A stretch of 64,000 bases of DNA from Nitrosopumilaceae archaeon (GCA_965200155.1 CBDATR010000034.1:128001-192000), one strand, 5' to 3'; shown: positions 21,730-34,665, counted from the first letter of the stretch. Translations and numbers: made by a program. Notes: generated from the sequence alone by a model not told the origin.

Positions 21730-21830
21730 GTATGAGTTCACGTCTTCCGGAATCTTATGCACAAATCACATTAACTAGAACAACCTGTTCCATCAGTTAT
21801 GCGTAAATTTAGACACAGGTGAACTCATAC
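21730..21830 (+). mobile_element. MITE family 1
   Basis: 8-bp TSD gcgttaag. Confidence 0.95.
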
Positions 21831-21865
21831 GCGTTAAGCACTGTATGTGCCCAACGCCCTGTCAA

Positions 21866-21988
21866 TAGACCGTATGCGCAGAATCACTTCTCTCACCCTG
21901 CACGTCTAAACCAAGTTGTTAGATACGAGTAATTGACCGAGTATCATGGGTTTTCACACACAGACTCGTGTGAAACAGAAAAGTTAAG
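21866..21988 (+). mobile_element. left end of second DDE_Tnp_4-type IS
   Basis: Matches 7541-7663. Confidence 0.8.
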
Positions 21989-22087
21989 GTATGAGTTCAC
22001 GTCTTCCGGAATCTTGTGCACAAATCACATTAACTGGTAACCGGTTCTATCAGTTGTGCGTAAATTTAGACACAGGTGAACTCATAC
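21989..22087 (+). mobile_element. MITE family 1, no TSD
   Basis: Joins an IS end to a tnpB remnant. Confidence 0.9.
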
Positions 22088-23002
22088 CAATCTTTCGCTT
22101 CCTGCGCTTACCCTTTCGCGTTCTAATACTCTGGAGTGCGCTAATCTCCCGCAATATGGAACGATGTCTCATGTTATGGATCATCGTTCTGCCATTCGTG
22201 TAAGCTGTTACAGCTACCTGCCAACATCCACACAGCGAACAGCGCCGGTTGGTACATGTTTTGGTGGTTTCTCCCGTATATTGATGTGAATCTCGAATTG
22301 ACGCTCCATACTATTGGTTACTCGTTCCACTATCTTGAATGAGCGCATGTCCAAGGAACGATCGATTGGTTTGGTTGTTCTCACCACACCAATACCCGGC
22401 AGGTATAGTTCGCGAGAACCGCGCCTTATCGGTGGACACACACAAGACAGTATTACTCTATCATTGTCACGCCGGTGTGGTATGTAATTAGAATGATCCT
22501 CGTACGCCCGCCTGCACTCGACAGACGCCTGTAGTATGGCGTCCAGGCCATAGTTAGAGAGTAACTCGCGCACCCACTCCAGATCAGGGCGCCACTTTGT
22601 CAATTCCAGGAACAAACCATTCTTGTTGGACGGGTAAACCGTCCCCTGATAGCCGTTCTAGAACGCGGTAGCTGATTCACGTATAATGAATCACCCTTCT
22701 TTAGGTCATATGGTGACTTGGCGGACTCGTTCTTATTCTTGACCTTGGCCGGATCATGCTTCAATTCAAGAGTGGTTCCAGGTATGTAGTGACCGCCCAG
22801 CGTGATCTCGGGCACCGCTCTATTATAGACATAATCGGATGTGTTACCAAATATCTTGGCGCGCCGGGAGAACTCCTTATCATTCTTCAACGGTATAATG
22901 ACGGTCCGAATTATGTCATCCATCATCTGGCGATTCTACTCTAGTAGTTGTTCTATAAAAGTACGGTCCCATACCCGGCAAAGACTTATGGTGGGCGCTA
23001 TA
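22088..23002 (-). pseudogene. tnpB: 5' part of tnpB element
   Basis: Near-identical to 48213-49226; includes RuvC-I VDVG and end sequence caaagacttatggtgggcgctata. Confidence 0.8.
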
Positions 23003-23345
23003 CAATTTTCTTGCCGCGCCAGCGATATGATTACGCCAGCTATACATTGTCACGTAATCGTTTGTGTTACTCCCGTCATGGATATGTGACTTCCTATTCC
23101 GGGTAGTCAGGAACACTGGTCTGCGTTATCGCAGTGACCTCTGCAAGCTTGCGCCCGAACTTGTATTCTGTGCGGGCTAAGCGGTTACCACATTACGCTA
23201 ACTGCCATACACCTGGTCCTGAATGATACCAATGTTGCGAGTCATTTCTACGTCAGAAACATATGCCAAATAACATCGCAAGTTCACACAGCATAACGAT
23301 TACAGTCACCCATGATAGATAGAACCATGAGCGCGGTTACATATC

Positions 23346-24680
<1,335 letters not shown>

Positions 24681-25042
24681 CATTACATCCAGGTACGGCA
24701 CCATGTCATATTTTATCATGTCACCGGGGCGCACCCACACATATGACACGTTCTCGGAGTTCAGACGCACCATACCGGTATCGCTATAAAACAGGAACGG
24801 GTACACCCATAGGACGCCGCGCCCTACCGGCACATGCACGGGCATGGCACAGGTGACAGGCCTTACATGAGTCATACCGGTCTCCTCGTAAATCTCGGTC
24901 ACGGCCCGGCTTAATGCACTCTCACTACCCTCAATCATGCCGCTAACAGCAGCCCATCTTCCGGGAAATGTTGGCATGTCGTTACTTCTCCGCAACAACA
25001 AAACTCTACCATTCCACCACACAAAGGAGGTGACCGCCCGCA

Positions 25043-25894
25043 TCAGGAGTCCAGCGAGCCGACCATATTCAGCATCTTGCCATATGACTCATCAAGGTTC
25101 ACATTCTCGGACAGTCTCTCCTTGCAGGAATTTATGTATGCCAGAACCTCCTCGGTCTTTGATTCCTGAGTCGATGTAAGCAGTCGTCCCATATCCTTCC
25201 ACACTTCCTCGGCATATTTTCTGAGATCCGGATTTGATATTATAATCTCGATCAAGTCCGGTGACTCAGACATTATGCTCTCGGCCACTACGCGCTGTGC
25301 GCGATAAGTGGGGCCGGACATTTTGTCTACAAGGTGGCCATGACCGTCTTTTGATATGACACTGGCAAAGCAGAGGTTAACCAGGTGCGGCAATCCCAGT
25401 ATAATTGCTATCTTTTTGTCATGCTCCGAGGCGTCTATGGCGACAAAGTTGGCACCCTTGAAGAGTTTCTTTGCCATGCCCAGTTCGGCCTTGGCATCCC
25501 GTATGGGAACCGATATTATGTTGCGCTTTTTCAGCGAGTCTATTCCGGGCCCAAACATCGGATGTATGCATATGGGATTTATCTTGGCAGGCACTCTAGA
25601 CAGGGAGCTCACCACCTTGGATTTCTCCGATGATATATCTATCAGATAGGAGCCGCGCTTCATCTCTTTTGATATAAGGCGTATGACTTCCGGGGTACGG
25701 CGGGTGGGCGTGCACATCAGGACATAGTCGGCACCCAGTATTCCGCCTACAAGGGATTTGGCTACAGTAACGCCCTCTGTTGCTACCTCGGCATTGGTAT
25801 CAAAGCCGGTAACCGCAAAGCCGGAATCTACAAAGTATCTAGAGAACCATCTTCCCATCTGGCCTCCTGCACCAATGATAGTTATCTTTTCCAT
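25043..25894 (-). CDS. tyrA: prephenate dehydrogenase
   Basis: IIGAGGQMG, DISSEK, HPMFGP, EHDKKIA..LGLPH. Confidence 0.9.
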   Translation of the reverse strand: MEKITIIGAGGQMGRWFSRYFVDSGFAVTGFDTNAEVATEGVTVAKSLVGGILGADYVLMCTPTRRTPEVIRLISKEMKRGSYLIDISSEKSKVVSSLSRVPAKINPICIHPMFGPGIDSLKKRNIISVPIRDAKAELGMAKKLFKGANFVAIDASEHDKKIAIILGLPHLVNLCFASVISKDGHGHLVDKMSGPTYRAQRVVAESIMSESPDLIEIIISNPDLRKYAEEVWKDMGRLLTSTQESKTEEVLAYINSCKERLSENVNLDESYGKMLNMVGSLDS

Positions 25895-27243
25895 GTCATA
25901 TCATGTAATGTGGTACGTAATATGTGCATCCCCTCAGTCACCTGTCCGGTACCCGCGGAGAGACGGACAAATTCCGGATAGTGTCCAAAGCCCATCCCCG
26001 GAGCCAGGGCCAGACCCTTCTGCAGGCACCTCTCTATGAGATCCATGCCAATGATGCCGGGATACCGGACAAACAGGTACATGGCTCCCTGGGGTGGCAC
26101 AAATTGCAGGCCCATCTTTTGTGCCTCCCGGCTCATTATATCCAGGCGCTCCAGCATGGTGCTGGTATTGGACGAGGTATCATGGTTAATCGATTGTAGG
26201 GCGGCATACTGCACCACTCCGGATACTCCTGTCAGGCACAGGGCAGATGCCCGGCTCATGCGGGATATCACACTAGGAGAGGATACCGCATAGCCTATAC
26301 GGAAGCCCATCATGGCATGGGACTTTGAAAAGGACTGTGTGGCTATACCCCGCTCATACTGGTACTCCAGGATGCTCTTGGGGGCGGACTGTGTAGTGTG
26401 GTACTGATGGTATATCTCGTCACTAAGCACATAGATGTTATTTTGCATTGCAATATCCATAATGTCATCCATGATATTATGGGGCAGAATGGTACCGGTA
26501 GGATTGGACGGATAGCACAGAACTATCATCTTTGTCTGTGCCGTTATGGCTCCCTCTATATCGGACATGGGAGGTTCCCACCGGCCCTCCAGTGTAGTGG
26601 ATATGATTCTGGGTTTGGCTCCACAGTATCGTGCCATCTCCTTGTATGCAGGCCAGGCAGGCTCCATGATTATAATTTCATCACCAGGTCCCAATAGTGA
26701 TGTTATGGCGGCAAATACTCCAAAGCGCGCCCCGGGAGTTACCAATATGTTGCCACCGGTACCATAACCGATATGACTTGCCAGGGCGTCCCGTAACTGT
26801 GGCATTCCAGCAGGCAACCCGTACCTTGTATGCCCTGCCTCAAATCCCTCCTTAAGCCAGTGACCGGCCATGGGGGGCGGACCAAAGTCCGGCTCACCCA
26901 CCTCCATGTGTATCACTTTTTGGCCGCGCATCTCCATCTCTTTTGCGCGCCTGAATATGGAGAGATGGGTCGGTGTATCATCGGACTGCTTTTGTATTGA
27001 GTCATAGAATAGATAGTTCAGGAAGCGGTTTGCCGTGTCTGAGGAGAGGCCTATCTCCGAGGCGGTCTGCAGTACGGTATTTCGGAGCTGCGTCTCCCGG
27101 GAATTGCTCGTTACATCAAGGCCCCGTTCCCGCTTTATGTTGCCAATCTGTACAGATATGTCCGTACGCTCCTTGAGCAGGCGTATCATGTCCAGCGTAA
27201 TATGGTCCATACTCATGCGCAAGTCATCCAGTACGTCAGTCAT
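25882..27243 (-). CDS. chorismate mutase - class I aminotransferase fusion
   Basis: N-terminal AroQ-like LDDLR..D..LLKER..IGNIK..RE; then VGEPDF, PSNPTG, SDEIY, SFSKSHAMMGFRIGY. Confidence 0.9.
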   Translation of the reverse strand: MTDVLDDLRMSMDHITLDMIRLLKERTDISVQIGNIKRERGLDVTSNSRETQLRNTVLQTASEIGLSSDTANRFLNYLFYDSIQKQSDDTPTHLSIFRRAKEMEMRGQKVIHMEVGEPDFGPPPMAGHWLKEGFEAGHTRYGLPAGMPQLRDALASHIGYGTGGNILVTPGARFGVFAAITSLLGPGDEIIIMEPAWPAYKEMARYCGAKPRIISTTLEGRWEPPMSDIEGAITAQTKMIVLCYPSNPTGTILPHNIMDDIMDIAMQNNIYVLSDEIYHQYHTTQSAPKSILEYQYERGIATQSFSKSHAMMGFRIGYAVSSPSVISRMSRASALCLTGVSGVVQYAALQSINHDTSSNTSTMLERLDIMSREAQKMGLQFVPPQGAMYLFVRYPGIIGMDLIERCLQKGLALAPGMGFGHYPEFVRLSAGTGQVTEGMHILRTTLHDMTWKR

Positions 27244-28337
27244 GATATCACCTGCCCAATCTGGCCGGACATTATACAGTGATCCGCCAGGACCAGTGCC
27301 AGCATGGAATCAACGACCGGCGGGGCACGGGGCACCACGCAGGGGTCATGGCGGCCACCTACCTGCAGTATGGCCGGTTCCATGGTGCTGGTGTTTACCG
27401 TATCCTGCTTTATGGCTATGGACGAGGCGGGCTTGAAGGCTGCCCTCACATGAATGGGCATCCCCGTGGCTAGCCCCCCCAGTATGCCACCTGCATTATT
27501 GGTCTTTGTACGGATATGATTATCCAGTATGTGGTAAGAGTCATTGTTCTGGGATCCCCGCGTACCGGATCCGGCAAAGCCGGATCCAAACTCCACACCC
27601 TTCACCGAGGGTATGGAGAAGAGCGCCGCGGATATGTCCGATTCCAGGGAGTGGTATATGGGCTCGCCTATTCCCGGCGGCACATTGGTGGTTATAGACT
27701 CTATCACGCCGCCCAGCGTATCTCCCTTGCGGCGCGCCTCCAGGATTGCATCCTCCATTATACCGGCAGTATCCCTGTTGGGGCACCGTACAATATTGGA
27801 GTATATGGAATTATGATTAATCATGTCATGAGTTATGTCTGCCCGTATGTTGCCAACTGAGAGGGTATATGAGTTGATTTGTATATTCAGTGTCTCAAGT
27901 AATAGCTTGCGCGCCACCGCTCCCGCCATGACCTGGGTGGCCGTCAGGCGGCCGGAGAATATGCCCCCTCCCCGTGGGTCGTTGTACCCACCATATCGAA
28001 TACTGGCAGGATAGTCCGAGTGGCCGGGTCTTGGAAGTCGCTCCATGATGGAATAGTCCTCGGATCTCTGGTTCTCATTCTGTATCTCCATGGCTATGGG
28101 GGCGCCGGTAGTCCTGCCCCGGTATATACCGGACAGTATTCTGATCCTGTCAGACTCCTTCCTCTGTGTGGATACAAGAGACTGTCCCGGCCGCCGCATA
28201 TCCAGCATGTACTGGATGTCTGCCTCACTTACGGCAAGGCCCGCGGGGCAGCCGGCCAGCAGGCATCCGACACGGCTGCCATGACTCTCGCCATAGCTGG
28301 TTATAGTAAGGCGATGACCCATGGTAGAACCCACCAT
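27240..28337 (-). CDS. aroC: chorismate synthase
   Basis: GESHG, RRPGQS, PRPGHSD, RGGG.FSGR, NNAGGILGG, GRHDPCV; start taken at MVGST. Confidence 0.96.
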   Translation of the reverse strand: MVGSTMGHRLTITSYGESHGSRVGCLLAGCPAGLAVSEADIQYMLDMRRPGQSLVSTQRKESDRIRILSGIYRGRTTGAPIAMEIQNENQRSEDYSIMERLPRPGHSDYPASIRYGGYNDPRGGGIFSGRLTATQVMAGAVARKLLLETLNIQINSYTLSVGNIRADITHDMINHNSIYSNIVRCPNRDTAGIMEDAILEARRKGDTLGGVIESITTNVPPGIGEPIYHSLESDISAALFSIPSVKGVEFGSGFAGSGTRGSQNNDSYHILDNHIRTKTNNAGGILGGLATGMPIHVRAAFKPASSIAIKQDTVNTSTMEPAILQVGGRHDPCVVPRAPPVVDSMLALVLADHCIMSGQIGQVIS

Positions 28338-28488
28338 GCCAGAAGGTGGCGCTACACAGTTATAACTGCTTGAGCATATTGTCCGCCAGGATTGAGACTC
28401 ATCAATTCTCCGCGGCATCAAGTAGTCCCAAATCTATGTCAATACAGGAATGGTCCCCACCATGGTACGCAAGAGCCCAGTCATGTAA

Positions 28489-28577
28489 GCATGAATTCGT
28501 ATATTTTTCAATCCTGTGCACAAATCATAACTATCAATATTCGTCGCGCGTAAATTTAGACAAAAATGAACTCATAC
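28489..28577 (+). mobile_element. degenerate MITE family 1 copy (another relic at about 28820-28879, reverse)
   Basis: tgtgcacaaatca...gcgtaaatttagaca..tgaactcatac retained. Confidence 0.6.
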
Positions 28578-28638
28578 CCATGTCGGGAAAAATATAGAAT
28601 GTGATTCTCTGATCGTCCCAGGTAATCGTTATTATACT

Positions 28639-28830
28639 ATGGAAGTGAATAAATTATTAATCATGAATAAAGAAAAGTATGACGAAAAAGAATTTAGAAG
28701 AATAATGGCCGAGGCCAAGAAAACAGAAGGAGGCACAAATGAGGAAATAATTAAAAAGTTGATACCCTCATTGGGGAGAAAATACTATCCGACGGATGGC
28801 TTGAGAAAGTATGAGATAACTCGTGTCTAA
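28639..28830 (+). CDS. small hypothetical protein
   Basis: 63-aa charged ORF between MITE relics; no family recognised. Confidence 0.3.
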   Translation: MEVNKLLIMNKEKYDEKEFRRIMAEAKKTEGGTNEEIIKKLIPSLGRKYYPTDGLRKYEITRV

Positions 28831-29130
28831 GTTACACACAACTGATCGTGACTTGTGCACAAGATTCCGGAAGACGTGATTGGTTTGCCATAGGCGCCTG
28901 TTCACATAGAATACCAGTGCGTACCCATGTCAGACATGTTGCTCATCTCTAAGGTATCATGAAATGGCAGATTCACATGATCTTTGCCCGGGGCTACCTA
29001 AATGTATAAAGCAGAATTGGATAGTTTTTCAATGCAGACTCGTATGGCATACCAGTCCAGGCAAAGTCTACTCAATGACAGGACTTGCCACGACCAACAC
29101 ATAAGATAGTCATGTGTTTTTTGATGAACC

Positions 29131-30114
29131 GTGACAGACATACTCTTCTTTGTCAGTCCCATAGGATTGGGGCATGCTAGCCGGGACGCGGCCGTCGCAA
29201 ATCATCTGGGTGACGTCCGCTTTGTGACAGGGGGAGCCGCTGCCAGGCTGCTGGAGGGATATGGATATGTGACAGCGGATGTCTACAGGCCACCGGCCTT
29301 TGACGTACGGGGCGGTCACCTGGTAGGACAGACCTCGTGGCTGTTCCATTATTACAGGTATTATAATAGATGCAAAAAGGTGGCTGCAACCCTAATTGAA
29401 AGACACAAACCGCGACTGGTAGTATCAGACGAGGATTTTGCCGCGCTGGTCCAAGCCCAGAAAAGACAAATCAAGACGGTACTCATTACCGACATACTGA
29501 ATAGCAGGTTCACATCAGGAATTGGCGGAATCATAGAGAGGCGCATGAATGTTTCCATGAAGCGCATAATGGAAGAGTGCAATCATGTGATAATGCCCGA
29601 TGCCGGACAAGATCAAGGTAACATAGTACATGTGGGGCCAATAGTCCGGGATATGCGTCATTCCAGGGAGGAGTTACGAAAAAGGTACGGGATGCACCGC
29701 CCAACAGTACTGGTTACGGTAGGAGGGACCCGCGCGGGGCAGTTCCTGCTGGATGCCATGGAGCCGGTGGCCACCCAATTGAGGCCCCATGCTGATGTTG
29801 TAGTATCGGGGGGACCAATACACGGCAACATGGTGCAGGACCTGCACCACATGATATGTGCCGCGGATGTTGTAGTATCATTGGCGGGCCGCTCCACCAT
29901 GGACGAGTCATCAGTATATGGGACGCACGGCGTCTTTATACCAATATCAGGACACTTTGAGCAGGAGGACAATGCCATGAGGGCAGGCTACACGCATGGA
30001 GACGTGTACAGGTTATATGATATCATACTGGAAAAGCTGAAACAGCCTCGCAGGCCTCAGCCCACCAAGGGTGCCATTACATCAGCAGAACTGATACAGA
30101 ATATCCACTCCTAG
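29131..30114 (+). CDS. GT-B glycosyltransferase (MurG/GT28-like)
   Basis: GLGHASR, VGPIVR, LVTVGG, ADVVVSLAGRST, PISGHFEQEDNA. Confidence 0.85.
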   Translation: MTDILFFVSPIGLGHASRDAAVANHLGDVRFVTGGAAARLLEGYGYVTADVYRPPAFDVRGGHLVGQTSWLFHYYRYYNRCKKVAATLIERHKPRLVVSDEDFAALVQAQKRQIKTVLITDILNSRFTSGIGGIIERRMNVSMKRIMEECNHVIMPDAGQDQGNIVHVGPIVRDMRHSREELRKRYGMHRPTVLVTVGGTRAGQFLLDAMEPVATQLRPHADVVVSGGPIHGNMVQDLHHMICAADVVVSLAGRSTMDESSVYGTHGVFIPISGHFEQEDNAMRAGYTHGDVYRLYDIILEKLKQPRRPQPTKGAITSAELIQNIHS

Positions 30115-30195
30115 TATGATGTGACCGTGTGAGCCGAATCAGGCATGACCATGTGATGACAATAGTTATATTACTGTAGACCATATTTTAACAAA

Positions 30196-32047
30196 ATGTT
30201 ACAATCTACGAACCGTAGCAATATCGTACTTAAAGCTTTAATCGGGGGGGGGGGGTCTCCTCCTTGCACTTTTACTAGTATTAGTACCGGCCACTGATCT
30301 TGCGTTTGCTCAATCAAGCGAGTCTATCACCATATCTGTATCTAGCACCACCTCCACTGGTGCCACCGTTACATGGAATCAGTACTCAAACCATAACGAT
30401 TATGTCGTGGCGTTACGTGATGGAGATGGAAATAGACTTGGGGCAACACGCGTTACCGGAACCACACATGATATTACCGGACTGACTCCTGACACCGACT
30501 ATAGGGTATTTGTCAGAACCATTGGAGACGGCTTTGTCAAGTCCAACATTGTACAGTTTAAGACAAAAGTCGCTCCCTCTAGTTCCATTAATACTATACC
30601 AGACATTACCATGGATGAGACCGAGAAGAAAACCATACCACTCAGTGTAACCCCTGCGAGTGATTCTGTCACATATGCAATAACCAAACAGGACGGCACG
30701 GCTGCACCCAGTTTTGTATTCATAGCTCCCATATCTTCTGACGGTGCAATTACAGACCACATTGTTTTGCTTCCTGCCAGAACCGATAGTGGACAATATT
30801 CACTGCGTGTCACAGCAACTATTGGTAGCGACACCATACATGAGGACTTTGTACTTACCGTAAATGACGACAATATAGATCCACCTATAATCTCAAAAAG
30901 AACGGCAAATTCTATAACTATCGAAGTACCTGGAACTGAACCAACAAATGATAAAGACTCACCTCTTTGTGTAGTAGCTGATGTCTTTGAATCTTCCCCA
31001 TGGAAGCTTATTTGGACCGAATCTCTGACTATTCATGGTAACATGACAATCACAAACCTCTTACCTAATACTGATTACACCATCAGTGTGGTCAACGAAT
31101 GCAAAGCGCTAAGTTTAGCAACCTTCAATGTCAATACTAACCCCCTCAGATTCACTAATACTATACCAGACATTACCATGGACGAGGGTACATCACGTCA
31201 AATAAAGCTAAATGCAACTGATTATAATGATAGAGCCATCACATATAATGTAGAGGTCCTGAACGACAAGACATTACCTGGGTCTGAAGGAACATCAAAT
31301 GGTTACCTCGTTTTGGAGCCTGATAGAACAGCAGCAGGAGAATACACTCTACGTGTCACAGCAACTGCTGGTAGCGACATCATACGTGATGAATTTGTAC
31401 TTACCGTAAGTGATCCTGGTATTGATCCACCCCAAATCAAAACTCAAAATAGCACCTCTGTAACTATAGAGGTCGCCTCAGAGGACTATAATCCACAAGA
31501 CGCAACCTGTACAACCGCCGGTATCTTCGAAACCTCCTCCGGGTTTTTAGGTGCTGAAATAGAGGATTTCGAATCAAACCCCTTGACAATTACGGGCCTC
31601 ACACCTGATACTGCATACACCATAAATGTGTATAAATACTGTGATCCCACTGGACTTCTGGGAACCCTAAAGTTCACTACATCATCTAGTAGCAGTGAAG
31701 ATCAGACATCACCTGATAACAGTCAGACATCACCTGATAACAGTCAGACATCACCTGATAACAGTCAGACATCACCTGATAACAGTCAGACATTAGTACT
31801 AAGTAGAACCATAAGTGGCAATGATGTTACTCTAAGCTGGAACGACTTGGCAGATACTATCTATATCGTGGCGGTATTTGATGGGGACGGAGATCGAGTC
31901 ATTGAAGGCGGAGCAGCACGCGTATCACCTAACTCCTATACCCTCAATGACCTAGATGCTGACACATATACGGCATTTGTGAGAACCCCTGGACCCTCAG
32001 GAACTCATACCATGTCCAACACTGTAACCTTTACCATCACTAGTTAA
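30196..32047 (+). CDS. secreted surface protein with fibronectin-III and Ig/cadherin-like modules, frameshifted at a G12 tract in the signal peptide
   Basis: ATG at 30196; after the G run the alternative frame gives LLLALLLVLVPATDLAFA/Q and continues into ORF 30407-32047. ITGLTPDTDY/AY FN3 motifs; internal duplication TIPDITMDE..LRVTAT.GSD..FVLTV..IDPP. Confidence 0.8.
30244..30255 (+). repeat. G12 homopolymer
   Basis: atc-gggggggggggg-tctcc. Confidence 0.95.
31702..31793 (+). repeat. 21-bp perfect tandem repeat x4.4 (QTSPDNS linker)
   Basis: tcagacatcacctgataacag units. Confidence 0.95.
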
Positions 32048-32227
32048 TTTTTTTCTCAGTTTAAGTTGTCTCACGCGTTCAGATGCCAACCCGGCTTGTA
32101 TGAGAGTGTGGCATAGCCACGAAATTGTTCTAGCCGCCCAACCACGGGACGGCATAGCTATGGTACTGTTCTAGCCGCCCAATAGCCAAAAGACAGTAAG
32201 GCTGGCGTATATCCTGTCCCGACAGAG

Positions 32228-32634
32228 TACACATAACGGAATTAATGCCAGCTAGAATGTGCGGTAGCAGTGAGCGGGAATGATTCCAATTGGGTGCGGT
32301 AAATAAAGGGGCGACCATTCCAGGGCCAATTATGCCTGGGAACAATTCATGGTACATGTGGAATAGCGGAGAACAGTGGCTAGATTTGGATGATGTAAGT
32401 AGTTCATATGGACGGCTACCATGGAATGAGTCACAGAATGGCGTGTATCAGCACCTGGGCGCTATCAGGACGCCCGGATCATCCCTGAATCGTTGTGGGT
32501 CGTCCGCGCAAATTACTGAGGGGATTGAATCATTCTTGGATGTGTTCCGGGAATGATTCCCGGCCAGTTAAAGTCCACACCGGGCCTTTCTGTAGTAGAA
32601 TGCATTACGCCAATCTAAACACGTGAACTCATAC
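32228..32634 (+). pseudogene. heavily deleted IS66 derivative with right end
   Basis: Short collinear patches matching the IS66 gene (cacataacggaattaat, tccctgaatc..gtccgcgcaatta, gggcctttctgta) ending in aaacacgtgaactcatac. Confidence 0.55.
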
Positions 32635-32790
32635 GTTCAGTTTGCATATGCTACGGAAGGCTATGGTAAAGAGAATAACAGAGGAATCAAGACAAAAGAG
32701 GCGTTGCTGCCGCCAAAATAGCTCAAGACCTGAAACAAGACACTTACGAAGATTGTGAACCAGAGAACGGGAACGACTCGAGTAAAGATG

Positions 32791-32882
32791 GTATGAGTTC
32801 ACGTCTTCCGGAATCTTATTCACAAATCACATTAACTGTCGCGATCAGTTGTGCGTAAATTTAGACATAGGTGAATTCATAC
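32791..32882 (+). mobile_element. MITE family 1
   Basis: TSD taaagatg. Confidence 0.95.
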
Positions 32883-33531
32883 TAAAGATGGGCAGGTCCA
32901 TGATACCAATCACCGCCACCCAGATACGAATGGTAACTGAAGCATGCAACAAGGATCCCGCCGGAGTAGTACGTATTGCAAAGAGTCTTAGATAGAATTA
33001 CAATATATCATATCGCGCAGTATATCGCATAATTAAAAAGAACGGCACGACAGTCTCATCACCTGCAAAGTCAGAGTGGGTACGCTATGAGCGTAAATAT
33101 TCCAATGCAATGTGGCACTGGCATGTCATGAAAAGATGAGCGCTTCAGGGGACTGAATCTCATAGATGATGCATCCAGGTGCATCGTCGGAGCGGCACTA
33201 TTCTAGCATACAACCTCAGAGAACGCCACTCTATTACTGAGACTGGCAATGAAACGATTCGGCGCCGCGTCATCTAATGAGGTTGTTATGTTGGCTGTAA
33301 TACTATTACTGAGACTGGCAATGAAACGATTCGGCGCCCCTGCATCTTGGATAACGGCGCGTGTTTCGTAGGACAATAAAAGGGCAAGAAAAGCTGTAAA
33401 CCCACTATTCTAGGAAGAACTGCTGGATCAAGACATCATACTAATCAATTCCAGACCATACCACCCGCAGACAAATGGCAAACTGGAGCGCTTCCATGGA
33501 ATGATTGAGGATGAGATATGGTATTATGACA

Positions 33532-33632
33532 GTATGAGTTCACCTATGTCTAAATTTACGCACAACTGATGGAACAGGTTGTTCTAGTTAATGTAATTTG
33601 TGCATAAGATTCCGGAAGACGTGAACTCATAC
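33532..33632 (-). mobile_element. MITE family 1
   Basis: TSD ttatgaca. Confidence 0.95.
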
Positions 33633-33929
33633 TTATGACAGTCTCCGGGATTATTTAGACTACTACAATGAGAGAAGATTGCACTTCTCACTGGATAGAT
33701 AACGGCGAAACACCGCTTCAGGAATAAAAATGCGACCCAGACAATTTAGGGCAAATGATGCAAAATGGATGGAGCGGGATGCCAATTACTAGCGGACCCA
33801 CTTTTCATACATTACATGTTCCCGGCTTCTTTTTGTAGTACAGCTTGTTCCTGGACACCCCGCAGAGCTCCAGTGTACGGGCTATACCGGTGGCATCCTT
33901 GATCTCCTTGAGTACCTTCAGTTTGGCCC

Positions 33930-34200
33930 CCTCCCATCATCATTTTTTTTTTAAATACGTTATTAGCAAACGTCAGCTCACACACTGAGATTATCGTTCT
34001 CTTGTAGCATCTTTTTCGTCTGAGTTTTGGAATCTTGGGTTCCTGTCCAATCCCTCAGAACCGGCCTTTGGGAATCTCTCCCTCCATGTGTGTGCGGGGC
34101 GATATGTTGTACCGCCTGCAGATCTCTGCGGTGACCACTGTCGAGTCTAATGTCTCTAATGATCTCTTCCCGACTCCATTGGTGTTTTTTGTCAACCATG
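33930..34200 (-). pseudogene. IS3-like orfA remnant
   Basis: Frameshifted HTH fragment TAEICRRYNISP, then ELTFANNVFKKK with an A-run. Confidence 0.45.
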
Positions 34201-34573
34201 GCAGACTCCGCTCTTGAATCTAAAAAGTGTGAGTTGAGATCTATTCTCAATTTTATGGGGTCCCGGCCAACATGGAAATAATTTGTGCGTTTCCATTACG
34301 CAATCATATGCCGACAGCCATTAGATCCAAGCATCAATATCGGAATATGGTATCCGCCGACAACGTAGAGTACATCAGGCGAGGAATGAATCTTGCATTT
34401 AGGTCCGATCCCTCATAGTATGATGACGCTAGAAAGTCAGGATGATGCGCCATCCGGATTCCCAGACAATGGTTATCGCGGCAATGCGCATGGCATTAAA
34501 TATGAAATACCTGCAGCTATCCGGCTTTTTTATGGGAATACTGGACGGATACAAATCATGCCACTCATATACC

Positions 34574-34665
34574 GTATGAGTTCACGTCTTCCGGAATCTT
34601 GTGCACAAATTACATTAACTGTCGCGATCAGTTGTGCGTAAATTTAGACACAGGTGAACTCATAC
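34574..34665 (+). mobile_element. MITE family 1 within a degenerate IS903-like relic
   Basis: TSD catatacc; flanking 34490-34570 resembles 58098-58180. Confidence 0.93.

Larger units (their letters stand above)
32635..33816 (+). mobile_element. IS481-like element, decayed and 5'-truncated, with two nested MITEs
   Basis: Homologous to 38062-39024; rve-type motifs DDASRC and RPYHPQTNGKLERF; right end cttttcatacattaca. Confidence 0.8.

Noticed and set aside
23003-23345. TPP riboswitch or tRNA upstream of thiC
   Set aside because: No recognisable TPP core motifs or cloverleaf by eye; a covariance-model search would be needed.
25882-27243. Chorismate mutase-aminotransferase fusion as a novelty
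   Set aside because: To my knowledge this is the usual arrangement in thaumarchaeal aro/tyr clusters.
32110-32190. Two copies of ggcatagc...tgttctagccgcccaa about 40 bp apart as a mini-CRISPR
   Set aside because: Only two imperfect units; better explained as a local tandem duplication.
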